Part shown: in pieces, positions 1-10,902 of the stretch
How positions within the stretch are numbered: position 1 is the stretch's first letter
Layout of the letters: the number at the start of each line of letters is the position of its first letter
Assembly (NCBI GenBank): GCA_037924335.1
Contig: JAXSMZ010000008.1
Coordinates: forward strand, 38,766 to 52,467
From: Aquificaceae bacterium
GTDB taxonomy: Bacteria; Aquificota; Aquificia; Aquificales; Aquificaceae
DNA length: 13,702 bases
Reading direction: 5' to 3'
Program-made: the position numbers and the translations under genes
Notes under the pieces: generated by a model
Databases searched by the model: none
Told to the model about the DNA's origin: nothing
Seen by the model: the letters and a program-made list of their open reading frames with translations, nothing else

Positions 1-398
1 TGGAGGGTGAATATCCCGATTACATACCCATAATACCAAAGGAGTTTAACTGCCAGCTTTTAATAAACAGGGCAGATTTTATAGAGAGCCTCAAAAGGCT
101 TTCCTCTGTGGCATCATCTTCAGCTTTTCCAGTGAAGGTCTCCTTAGCCAATAACTTGATGATCCTTGAGATATCAGAGCCAGAGTATGGAGAAGGAAGG
201 GATGAGCTGGAGGTAGAGTACAGCGATGAGCCAGTAGAGCTTGGTTTCAATGGTAGATACCTTATAGAAGCTCTTGAAAGCTTTGATGTGGATAATGTTT
301 GGTTGAAGATAACAGACCCAGACAGTGCAGTCCTCATAGAGTCGAGCGATTTAGAACAAGACCCCTATATCTGTCTCATAATGCCAATGAGGTTGTAG
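1..398 (+). CDS. dnaN: DNA polymerase III beta sliding clamp, C-terminal part (5'-truncated by window edge)
   Basis: The frame is open from position 3: EGEYPDYIPIIPKEF...ELGFNGRYLIEALESFD...ICLIMPMRL*. It matches the beta-clamp domain III motifs (G-x-Y/F-P-D-Y, G-F-N-x-x-Y-L) and the typical C-terminal MPMRL. The ORF-track start at 108 is internal. Confidence 0.96.
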   Translation, partial: EGEYPDYIPIIPKEFNCQLLINRADFIESLKRLSSVASSSAFPVKVSLANNLMILEISEPEYGEGRDELEVEYSDEPVELGFNGRYLIEALESFDVDNVWLKITDPDSAVLIESSDLEQDPYICLIMPMRL

Positions 399-406
399 GT
401 GTTGGG

Positions 407-833
407 ATGAGGGGAGTTTTAGCTCTTCTCCTTATGAGCTTTGTGGCTTATGCTACGGAGACAACAATAACTATGAATTTGACAGAAAGCAGGGAGCTAC
501 TTCCAGACCATCTAAGCATGAATCTTCCTGTTACAGCAAAGGCACAGAAAGAATCTGAAGTTATAAACATATTGGGAAACGTTGACAAGGCTGTTAGGTC
601 TTTAGAGAGTGGAAAAAGAGCTGAGGCTCAGACTAATAGACTCAGCAAAAGAGCTAACAGATAACCTATCTAAAAAGCTGAACAAAGATTGTTTTATACA
701 GACCATGGACTTTACCACGAGGATGCCTCCAATAGAGCCTTATACCATGAGGAAAGGGGTAGAAGCTCTAGAGCCAGGCGTTGAAGGGCAGACCTTAATC
801 GTGGATGCGGTCCTGAGGCTGATATGCAAATAA
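407..833 (+). pseudogene. Disrupted SIMPL/DUF541-like periplasmic protein (frameshift, probable internal deletion near 605-608)
   Basis: ATG at 407, with AGGTG upstream, gives a signal-peptide-like MRGVLALLLMSFVAYA followed by ...RELLPDHLSMNL..TAKAQKESEVINILGNVDKAVRSL. The protein-like sequence continues in the +1 frame from ~606 (RVEKELRLRLIDSAKELTDNLSKKLNKDC...QTLIVDAVLRLICK*). The two halves resemble the N- and C-terminal parts of SIMPL proteins. Joined they give only ~140 aa. Family call is by eye. Confidence 0.6.
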
Positions 834-907
834 TCTTAGGCTTTGTCTTTCTTGCATATAGTTTATCCATGCGAAGAACCAATCGGTACCATGTGATAAG
901 TGATCCA

Positions 908-2350
908 TCATACGCTTTGCTCAAACCTGAGCACTGGCTTTCTGTTTGCTTCTGCCTCCTTTACCCTCTTAACTGGTGTTTTTGTAGGTGCAGACTTTAC
1001 TCCTTGAGGGTTTTCTCTTGCTTCCTTTGCTATCTCTTTTAAGGCTCTGGCAAAAGCTCTTAGCGTATCTGGATTCTCCGTTTCTGTAGGCTCTATCATA
1101 AAGGCATCTTTTACCACAAGGGGGAAGTACACGGTTGGAGCATAAAACCCATAGTCTAAGAGCCTTTTAGCCACATCCATAGGGCTAACTTCATACTTAG
1201 TCAAGGGGGAAAGAGATAGAACAAACTCGTGCATGCAGGGGACATGCTCGTAAGGGTTAAGAAATACACCCTTTAGGAGATGCCTAAGGTAGCGTGCGTT
1301 GAGAACTGCATGCTTGGCAACAGCGTCTATGGAGCTTCCATAGCTCATTATGTAAGCTAATGCTCTTACCATCACAGAAAAGTTTCCATAGAAGGACATT
1401 ATTTTTCCGACGCTCTTGGGTATGTCCCAATTTAGAAAGTACCTTTCTCCATCAAACTCTACCTGAGGTACAGGAAGATAAGATTTTAACTTTTCTGAAA
1501 CCCCCAAAGCTCCACCCCCAGGACCCCCACCACCGTGTGGAGTTCCAAAAGTTTTATGGAGGTTAAAGTGCATTATATCCACACCCCAGTCTCCAGGCCT
1601 TGAGATGCCAACTATACTGTTAAAGTTGGCTCCGTCCATATAAAGGAGAGCATCCACACAGTGCAATTCTTCTGCTATCTGTTTTACTTTCCTTTCAAAG
1701 ACCCCAAGCGTGTTTGGGTTTGTCAGCATAAGGCCAGCCGTGTCTTCACCTAACTTTTGCAGAAAGTCCTTCCAGTTTAGCTCTCCGTTTTCATCACTCT
1801 TTATCGTTACAACTTCAAACCCGCACATGGCTGCAGAAGCTGGGTTTGTTCCGTGTGCCGAATCTGGCACCAAAATCTTCCTTTTTTTTGAGTTTCCTCT
1901 GTCCCTATGGTATGCAAGCGTTAAAAGAAGTCCAAGGAATTCACCATGAGCTCCAGCAGCAGGCTGCAGACTAACATCGCTGAAACCCCCAAGCTCTTTT
2001 ATAATTTCCTTAAGCCTGTACATAGCTTCCAAGCTTCCCTGTGCAAATAGGTCATCCACCATAGGGTGGAGGTTTTTAAAACTGTCTAAACTTGATACTT
2101 CCTCGCATATCCTCGGATTGTACTTCATGCTGCAAGAGCCAAGAGGGTAGAAGTTTGTATCCACCGAATAGTTTAGCTTAGAGAGGTTTGTATAATGCCT
2201 CACAGCATCCAGCTCAGAAACCTCTGGTAGCTTCAAGTCTTTTCTTATGTAGTCTCCCAAATACTCTTCTAAATTCACAGGAGGAGTGTCCAAATTGGGA
2301 AGCTTGTAGCCTCTTCTTCCTTTTTTCGAAACCTCAAAGATAAGTTCCAT
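908..2350 (-). CDS. gcvPB: Glycine dehydrogenase (decarboxylating), glycine cleavage P protein subunit 2
   Basis: Motifs LIFE.S..GR.G, YPLGSCSMKYNP, SLQPAAGAHGE, SAHGTNPASA and the PLP-lysine motif HFNLHKTFGTPHGGGGPG. Start moved from 2368 to ATG 2350 (MELIFE) because it fits the family N-terminus and lies 7 nt after a TATAAT box. Confidence 0.96.
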   Translation of the reverse strand: MELIFEVSKKGRRGYKLPNLDTPPVNLEEYLGDYIRKDLKLPEVSELDAVRHYTNLSKLNYSVDTNFYPLGSCSMKYNPRICEEVSSLDSFKNLHPMVDDLFAQGSLEAMYRLKEIIKELGGFSDVSLQPAAGAHGEFLGLLLTLAYHRDRGNSKKRKILVPDSAHGTNPASAAMCGFEVVTIKSDENGELNWKDFLQKLGEDTAGLMLTNPNTLGVFERKVKQIAEELHCVDALLYMDGANFNSIVGISRPGDWGVDIMHFNLHKTFGTPHGGGGPGGGALGVSEKLKSYLPVPQVEFDGERYFLNWDIPKSVGKIMSFYGNFSVMVRALAYIMSYGSSIDAVAKHAVLNARYLRHLLKGVFLNPYEHVPCMHEFVLSLSPLTKYEVSPMDVAKRLLDYGFYAPTVYFPLVVKDAFMIEPTETENPDTLRAFARALKEIAKEARENPQGVKSAPTKTPVKRVKEAEANRKPVLRFEQSV

Positions 2351-2357
2351 GAGAGAT

Positions 2358-2373
2358 ATTATAAGCATATAAT
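2358..2373. promoter_or_regulatory. Back-to-back -10 boxes for divergent gcvPB and gltX
   Basis: TATAAT on the - strand (2358-2363) lies 7 nt before the gcvPB ATG. TATAAT on the + strand (2368-2373) lies 7 nt before the gltX ATG. No SD precedes either gene. Confidence 0.7.
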
Positions 2374-2380
2374 TTATTCT

Positions 2381-3790
2381 ATGGTAGTCTCACGCTTTGC
2401 ACCAAGTCCGACAGGGTATTTGCATCTTGGGAACGCAAGGACTGCTATATTTAGCTATCTCTTTGCCAGACATCACCGCGGGAAGTTTATCCTCAGAATA
2501 GAAGACACAGACATAGAGAGGTCTACCAAGGAGTTTGAGGATATGCTCATAAAAGACCTCAGATGGCTTGGGCTTGAGTGGGATGAGTTTTACCGTCAGT
2601 CTGAGAGGTTTGAAATATACAGAAGGTACGCTGAAGAACTTTTAGCCTCTGGACATGCGTACGCTTGTTTTTGTATGCCTGAGGAGTTGGAAAGGGAAAG
2701 GCAAGAGGCTGAGAGGAAAGGTGTGCCTTACAGATACTCTGGTAAGTGTAGTGTGTTGAATATAGAAGAAGCAGAGCATCTTAAGAGGCAGGGCAAACCT
2801 TACGCCATACGCTTTAGAGTACCCTATGGCGAGAGCATAGTTTTTGAAGACATGCTCAGGGGACACATATCCATAAACGCGGATGACTTTGGGGACTTTG
2901 TTATAGTTAGAAGTGATGGGACTCCAACATACAACTTTGTTGTAGTTGTGGATGATGCCCTCATGGGTGTTACACATGTGATAAGGGGTGAAGACCATAT
3001 TCCCAACACACCCAAGCAGATACTCATATACAGAGCTCTTGGTTTTCTAATACCAAAGTTTGTTCACCTTCCAGTTATACTTGGGGAGGACAGAAGCAAG
3101 CTCTCAAAAAGACACGGTGCAGTCTCTGTAAAAAATTACAGGGAGGAAGGCTATCTTCCCGAGGCTCTCTTTAACTACCTTTGTCTCCTTGGATGGTCTG
3201 CTAAGGAAGGAAGGGAGATATACTCAAAGGATGAGCTCATAGACCTTTTTGACCTCAAGGACATAAATCTTTCTCCAGCAGTCTTCAGTAAAGAAAAGTT
3301 AAGGTGGATGAACGGTGTGTACATAAGGGAAGTTGTGAGTCTTGAAAGACTTGTCCAGGAGATAAAACCTTTCTTAGAAAAGGCTGGTTACGACGTGAGC
3401 AATGAAGATTACCTTAAAAAGGTTCTCGAAAGGACAAGGGATTCCTTTGAAACTTTAACGGATGCTGTGGATAGACTGGCACCTTTCTTTTTGGACGATT
3501 TTGAGATATCTCCCTCTGCCTGGAACGAGCTTGAGAATGTGAGAGTTTACGAGATCCTATCCACCTTTTTGGAAGAGATAAAGGGTAAAAAGCTCAGCTC
3601 TTCAGCGGTGAAGGAGATAGCCAGTAGTATACAGAGAAAGCTTGGCGTAAGAGCCAAGGATGTTTGGCACTCTCTGAGGATAGCCTTCACTGGAGAGCTT
3701 GAGGGTATAGGTGTGGATATAATATGCGACCTTGTACCTCAGGAAAGGTTAGAAAATAGAATTGTGAAGATTCTAAAAAAGGTCTCATGA
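2381..3790 (+). CDS. gltX: Glutamate--tRNA ligase
   Basis: RFAPSPTGYLHLGN (HIGH), LRIEDTD, Zn-knuckle-type CFC...YSGKC, THVIRGEDH and KLSKRHG (KMSKS). 469 aa, including the anticodon-binding domain. Confidence 0.97.
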   Translation: MVVSRFAPSPTGYLHLGNARTAIFSYLFARHHRGKFILRIEDTDIERSTKEFEDMLIKDLRWLGLEWDEFYRQSERFEIYRRYAEELLASGHAYACFCMPEELERERQEAERKGVPYRYSGKCSVLNIEEAEHLKRQGKPYAIRFRVPYGESIVFEDMLRGHISINADDFGDFVIVRSDGTPTYNFVVVVDDALMGVTHVIRGEDHIPNTPKQILIYRALGFLIPKFVHLPVILGEDRSKLSKRHGAVSVKNYREEGYLPEALFNYLCLLGWSAKEGREIYSKDELIDLFDLKDINLSPAVFSKEKLRWMNGVYIREVVSLERLVQEIKPFLEKAGYDVSNEDYLKKVLERTRDSFETLTDAVDRLAPFFLDDFEISPSAWNELENVRVYEILSTFLEEIKGKKLSSSAVKEIASSIQRKLGVRAKDVWHSLRIAFTGELEGIGVDIICDLVPQERLENRIVKILKKVS

Positions 3791-4839
3791 AGTTTTTCGT
3801 ATCTGGTGGTGGTACAGGAGGGCATTTTTTCCCTGCCTTGGCACTCATTGACTGTATGCTAAAGAGAAATATGGAGGTTCTTTTCATAGGCTCCAAAAGG
3901 GGTATAGAGTACAGGATGAGAGGTCAAATACCATGTCCAAGCATGTTTTTAGACATGAACCCTTTTGTAGGTGTGAGCCTTTTCAAAAAAGCCAAAGCCC
4001 TTCTTAGTCTGACGGTAGGAACCTTAAAGCTTATTGGAAATGTAGGAGAAGCAATAGGTGTGGCTTTTGGGGGTTATGTTAGCTTGCCCGTTGGTCTTGC
4101 CCTTTCCATAAGGGGTAAAAGCCTCTACCTTCATGAGCAGAATTCTGTTCCGAGCCTTACAAACACACTTCTGAGCAAGTTCTCCAAAAAGACCTTTATA
4201 ACCTTTGAGTACTCAAGAAAGTTTTTTCCAAAGGAGAAGGTAGTGAAAACTGGACTTCCAGTGAGGGAGGATGTTCTCAAGCATCTTACCATGAGCAAAG
4301 AAGAAGCGAGGGAAAGCCTTGGCCTCGAGAGAGAGAATACTACTGTGCTTGTAGTGGGTGGAAGTCAGGGGGCTAAGTTCCTCAACGACCTTGCAATGGA
4401 GTTTTTTCATTGCTTTCCAGCACAGGGTATACACATAACGGGCAATAGGGACTACGAGCGTGTAGGGAACTTCTATGCTGAAAAAAAGCTTCCAGTTAAA
4501 GTATTACCCTTCTGCCACCAGATGGGAATCATATACAGAGCCTGCGACGTATCCATAAGTAGAGCAGGGGCAGGAACAATAACGGAGCTTTCCCTCTTTG
4601 GTGTGCCATCCTTGTTCATTCCTTATCCCTTCTCCGCAAGGGACCACCAGTTTTACAACGCGAAGGAGATCGAAGAGCTCGGTGGGGGAATTGTGATAAG
4701 ACAGGAAGAAGCATCCTTAGAGAGTGTAATAAGGGCTGTGGAGCATATTATGACAGAGTGGAAAGCCTTTTCAAAAAACATAAGATCTTTTCATAACCCG
4801 TCCGCCTGCGAGCAGATCATAAAGGAGATATACTATTAG
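3787..4839 (+). CDS. murG: Lipid II GlcNAc transferase MurG
   Basis: [45 protein letters not shown] and DHQFYNA motifs. ATGA overlap with the gltX stop. Confidence 0.97.
   Translation: MKFFVSGGGTGGHFFPALALIDCMLKRNMEVLFIGSKRGIEYRMRGQIPCPSMFLDMNPFVGVSLFKKAKALLSLTVGTLKLIGNVGEAIGVAFGGYVSLPVGLALSIRGKSLYLHEQNSVPSLTNTLLSKFSKKTFITFEYSRKFFPKEKVVKTGLPVREDVLKHLTMSKEEARESLGLERENTTVLVVGGSQGAKFLNDLAMEFFHCFPAQGIHITGNRDYERVGNFYAEKKLPVKVLPFCHQMGIIYRACDVSISRAGAGTITELSLFGVPSLFIPYPFSARDHQFYNAKEIEELGGGIVIRQEEASLESVIRAVEHIMTEWKAFSKNIRSFHNPSACEQIIKEIYY
4829..4834 (+). promoter_or_regulatory. Putative internal -10 box for glyQ within the last codons of murG
   Basis: TATACT followed by 7 nt and the glyQ ATG (4842), the same geometry as other gene starts in the window. 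Confidence 0.45.
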
Positions 4840-4841
4840 TT

Positions 4842-7815
<2,974 letters not shown>

Positions 7816-7822
7816 ACATAAT

Positions 7823-7854
7823 AATCTAACATCTCTTCAGGTTTATGTTATAAT
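7823..7854. promoter_or_regulatory. Divergent extended -10 promoters for purF and lysS
   Basis: On the - strand, TGtTAGATT (7831-7823) is followed by 7 nt and the purF ATG. On the + strand, TGtTATAAT (7846-7854) is followed by 9 nt and the lysS ATG. No SD precedes either gene. Confidence 0.7.
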
Positions 7855-7863
7855 TTTTGGCCT

Positions 7864-9570
7864 ATGCAGCAGGAAAGGCTTAAGAAGCTCCAAAGACTGA
7901 AAGAGCTGTCAAACCCTTATCCTCACAAGTTTGAGATGAGCGATTTTATAGGAAGCATAAGGGAAAGGTACGAAAGGGATCCAGAAGAGGAAGAGGTAGT
8001 TCTAAAGGGGACAGTCAAAAGGGTATCAAAAACGGAGAAAGGCTTCTTTTTAAGGTTTGCCGACGAGATGGGTACTGAGATGGTTGTTTTAACACCCCAT
8101 ACTTTCAAACAGGGGGAGGTATACAACGTAAAAGGTAAGCTTTTGAGGCATGAGGGTAAACTTACCCTGTATGATGCAGAGCCGACGCAGGAAGAAGGTC
8201 TTAGCATAAAAGAGGTGAAACAAAAGTACGACTTAGACCCTGGATTTGAGGAGGTAAGTATAGGAGGAAGGATCGTATCTTTGCGCAGTATGGGAAAAGC
8301 CATATTCTGCCATTTGCAGGATGTCACCGGAAAGATACAGGTTTATTTGAGGAAGGACATCCTTGGTGATGAGAGCTTCAAGGTCTTTGATGAGCTCTTT
8401 GACATAGGAGATATAGTAGGTATAAAGGGAAGGCTCTTTAGAACAAGTACAGGTGAGCTTACAGTGGAAGCTCACAGTTTTGTCATGCTTGCCAAGAGCT
8501 TACATCCATTGCCTGAAAAATGGCATGGTCTTAAGGATATAGAGCTAAGGTACAGACAGAAATATCTGGACCTTATCGCCAATGAACATGCAAAAAAAAT
8601 AGCTCTTATCAGAAGCAGACTCATATCAGAGATAAGAAAGTTTCTTGATGAGAGAGGCTTTATTGAAGTAGAGACTCCAGTACTGCAACAGATTGCATCT
8701 GGAGCCAATGCCAAGCCCTTTATCACTTACCATAACTACCTTGAGCAGAATCTATACCTTAGGATCGCGCCAGAACTTTATCTAAAAAAGCTCATAGTTG
8801 GTGGTTTTAACAGGGTTTACGAAATAGGGAAGAACTTTAGGAATGAAGGGGTAGATACGACGCACAATCCAGAGTTTACCATGCTGGAGTTTTACTGTGC
8901 CTATTGGGACTACAAGGACCTTATGAAGTTTACAGAGGAGCTATTCTCCAGTATCATAAAAAAACTTGTAGGGAAGTTAAGCATCAACTATCAAGGCCGT
9001 CAGATAGATTTTACTCCACCTTACAGAACTTACAGATACTTTGACCTTCTTAAAGAGAAAACTGGGAAGGGTGAGAGCTTTTTCCTTGAGGATGTTGATG
9101 GGCTAAGAAGACTTGCCATTGAGCTTGGTATTCCAAAGGCAGAAGAGCTCACCCATGCTAAATTGATAGATAAGGTTTTTGATGTGCTTGTGGAGGATGA
9201 GCTCGTTGGTCCCCTCTTCGTTGTGGACTTTCCCATGCTCCTCTCGCCATTAGCAAAGACACATAGGGAAAACTCCAAGTTGGTTGAAAGGTTTGAGCTT
9301 TTCATTGCAGGTAAAGAGATAGCCAATGCTTACACTGAGCTCAACGACCCCTTTGAGCAGAAAGAAAGGTTTTTGCAACAACTCAAAGAAAGGGAGATGG
9401 GGGATGAAGAAGCTATGCAGATGGATGAGGACTTTCTGAGAGCATTAGAGCATGGTATGCCACCAACTGCAGGGGAGGGAATAGGTATAGACAGATTGGT
9501 AATGGTCTTGGCAGATGTTGATTCCATAAGAGAAGTTATCCTCTTCCCAACTATGAGACAGCAGCCATGA
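7864..9570 (+). CDS. lysS: Lysine--tRNA ligase (class II) with an extra N-terminal OB-fold-like repeat
   Basis: PLPEKWHGLKD, RYRQKYLDL, FIEVETP, YLRIAPELYLK, motif 2 FRNEG...HNPEFT and motif 3 GEGIGIDRL. At 568 aa it is longer than a typical ~500-aa LysS. Confidence 0.98.
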   Translation: MQQERLKKLQRLKELSNPYPHKFEMSDFIGSIRERYERDPEEEEVVLKGTVKRVSKTEKGFFLRFADEMGTEMVVLTPHTFKQGEVYNVKGKLLRHEGKLTLYDAEPTQEEGLSIKEVKQKYDLDPGFEEVSIGGRIVSLRSMGKAIFCHLQDVTGKIQVYLRKDILGDESFKVFDELFDIGDIVGIKGRLFRTSTGELTVEAHSFVMLAKSLHPLPEKWHGLKDIELRYRQKYLDLIANEHAKKIALIRSRLISEIRKFLDERGFIEVETPVLQQIASGANAKPFITYHNYLEQNLYLRIAPELYLKKLIVGGFNRVYEIGKNFRNEGVDTTHNPEFTMLEFYCAYWDYKDLMKFTEELFSSIIKKLVGKLSINYQGRQIDFTPPYRTYRYFDLLKEKTGKGESFFLEDVDGLRRLAIELGIPKAEELTHAKLIDKVFDVLVEDELVGPLFVVDFPMLLSPLAKTHRENSKLVERFELFIAGKEIANAYTELNDPFEQKERFLQQLKEREMGDEEAMQMDEDFLRALEHGMPPTAGEGIGIDRLVMVLADVDSIREVILFPTMRQQP

Positions 9571-9931
9571 CCTCTATTTCTACTTGTGCTTCAAGGGGAA
9601 GGGCAAAGACCCCAACAGTCGTCCTAACTGGTTTTACCCTCACATTCTTAAAGTACTCTTCGTACACTTCATTGAACTTTTTAAACTTGGATAGGTCTGT
9701 CATATAAACAACTACTCTTAAAACCATATTCCTGCTTGTTCCTGAGGATAAAAGTATCTCATCTATGTTTTTGAATATCTGTCTAACCTGATCCTCAAAA
9801 CTTTCCTTAAGCTTTCCCGTACTTGGGTCTATACCTATCTGCCCAGATACAAAGATAAGTTTCTCATAGATTACAGCCTGAGAGTAAGGACCAACAGGTT
9901 TTGGTGCTCTATCCGTAAAGACCTCTCTCAT
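9551..9931 (-). CDS. ridA: RidA family (YjgF/YER057c/UK114) reactive imine deaminase
   Basis: APKPVGPYSQAV, FVSGQIG, FNEVYEEYF, PVRTTVGV (catalytic Arg retained) and LP..AQVEIE. SD AGGAG and ATGA overlap with the yebC stop. Confidence 0.93.
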   Translation of the reverse strand: MREVFTDRAPKPVGPYSQAVIYEKLIFVSGQIGIDPSTGKLKESFEDQVRQIFKNIDEILLSSGTSRNMVLRVVVYMTDLSKFKKFNEVYEEYFKNVRVKPVRTTVGVFALPLEAQVEIEVMAAVS

Positions 9932-10677
9932 AGGGTCTCCTTTAAGACCTCCTCTGGAATGTCAAAGTTTGATATGACGCTCTGAACATCATCGAGCTCA
10001 TCTAATGCATCAAGGAGCTTTAGCACCCTTTTGGCCATCTCTGGGTCCTTTATCTGCACTGTGCTTTTTGGTCTGTAGTTTATTCCAGAGTTCTCAATGG
10101 GGATGTTATTTCTTATGAAGCTTTCCTTTACGCTGTAGAAGTCCTCAGGCCTGGTGTATACAGTATAGGCTACATCGCCAGACTCTATGTCCTCCGCCCC
10201 TGCCTCTATGGCCTTTTCGTATATCTCCTCCTCGCTGACAGCATCCTTTGGAACTTCCATATACCCTACCCTTTCAAACATGTAAGACACGCAACCAGAG
10301 GAGCCAAGGTTTCCACCGTACTTTGTAAATACGTGCCTTACATCCGATGTGGTCCTGTTTCTGTTGTCTGTTGTAGCAAGAACGATCACAGCAACACCGC
10401 CCGGACCATAGCCTTCGTAGATGACTTCTTCGTACGACTCACCTCCAAGTTCTCCAGAACCTTTCTTTATAGCCCTCTCTATGGTTTCCATAGGCATGTT
10501 GGCTTTTCTTGCATTCTCTATAGCTGTTCTCAACCTTGGATTTGCTTCGAGATTTGCTCCACATTCTCTAACTGCAACGGTTATTTCCCTTATCAATTTG
10601 CTAAAAAGCTTACCCTTTTGTATATCTGCCTTAGCCTTTTTATGTTTTATCTGCGCCCAATGACTATGTCCTGCCAT
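9928..10677 (-). CDS. yebC: YebC/PmpR (TACO1) family protein
   Basis: MAGHSHWAQIKHKK, NPRLR, YEGYGPGGVA, TDNRNRT and LDELDDVQSVISN. Confidence 0.97.
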   Translation of the reverse strand: MAGHSHWAQIKHKKAKADIQKGKLFSKLIREITVAVRECGANLEANPRLRTAIENARKANMPMETIERAIKKGSGELGGESYEEVIYEGYGPGGVAVIVLATTDNRNRTTSDVRHVFTKYGGNLGSSGCVSYMFERVGYMEVPKDAVSEEEIYEKAIEAGAEDIESGDVAYTVYTRPEDFYSVKESFIRNNIPIENSGINYRPKSTVQIKDPEMAKRVLKLLDALDELDDVQSVISNFDIPEEVLKETL

Positions 10678-10683
10678 AAGTTA

Positions 10684-10689
10684 ATTATA
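10684..10689 (-). promoter_or_regulatory. -10 box for leaderless-type yebC-ridA transcript
   Basis: TATAAT followed by 6 nt and the yebC ATG. There is no SD at normal spacing and no clear -35. Confidence 0.6.
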
Positions 10690-10729
10690 ACCTATAGTTC
10701 CCCCTTTCATAGAAATCAAGCTCTTTATT

Positions 10730-10896
10730 CCTACCACTGCAGGGGTTTAGGAGGCCCCACTACAACTTTAGACCTCCAAGGCAGCACTATTACAGCCTTT
10801 ATAACCTCTCAAGGTGTCTTTTTACCAACACCTCAAGGGTTTGCTTTTTCGCAGTAGTAGGTTTAGCCCCAGGAGGAACGTCCTCCTAAGGTTTCA
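10730..10896 (-). ncRNA. Candidate structured non-coding RNA of unknown family
   Basis: Five helices folded by eye: H1 10867-10891, closing stem 10851-10861/10730-10740, H2 10803-10841, H3 10778-10799 and H4 10750-10777. Their G-U pairs work only on the minus strand. The element begins just downstream of a TTGACA-17-TATATT promoter and contains no credible ORF. Confidence 0.7.
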
Positions 10897-10902
10897 ATGT
10901 AA

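Noticed and set aside
287..295. Perfect DnaA box (TGTGGATAA, reverse complement of TTATCCACA) inside dnaN
   Set aside because: It is a single copy in coding sequence, explained by GAT GTG GAT AAT codons. Near-matches elsewhere are scattered in genes, with no cluster or unwinding element, so this is not oriC.
299..406. N-terminal extension of ORF 299..664
   Set aside because: It overlaps dnaN in another frame. The real start is more likely ATG 407, which has an SD-like AGGTG and a signal peptide.
849..878. Imperfect inverted repeat TTCTTGCAT...ATGCGAAGAA between convergent genes
   Set aside because: The stem is weak and bulged with an 11-nt loop and no U-tract on either side, which is insufficient to call a terminator.
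824..1042. Hydrophobic, Cys-rich 72-aa ORF
   Set aside because: It mostly lies antisense to the gcvPB 3' end, has no convincing SD and no recognisable motif. A remnant in 834-907 cannot be excluded.
2351..2368. ORF-track start of gcvPB at 2368 (MLIISL extension)
   Set aside because: The extension runs through the promoter hexamers. ATG 2350 fits the family N-terminus.
10333..10857. 174-aa plus-strand ORF across yebC and the structured region
   Set aside because: It has a GTG start without SD, Cys/Phe-rich shadow composition, and is antisense to yebC. G-U asymmetry favours a minus-strand RNA.
10730..10891. Assignment of the structured RNA to a known class (c-di-GMP-I riboswitch, RNase P RNA, 6S, tmRNA, SRP, retron msr-msd)
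   Set aside because: Only fragments match (GCAAACC and GGUCUAA for c-di-GMP-I; GAGGACGUUCC loosely for RNase P CR-I). The GNRA loop/receptor, P4 partner, 6S rod with central bubble, tRNA-like ends and SRP loop motif are absent, and no reverse transcriptase is nearby. A cmscan run is still needed.
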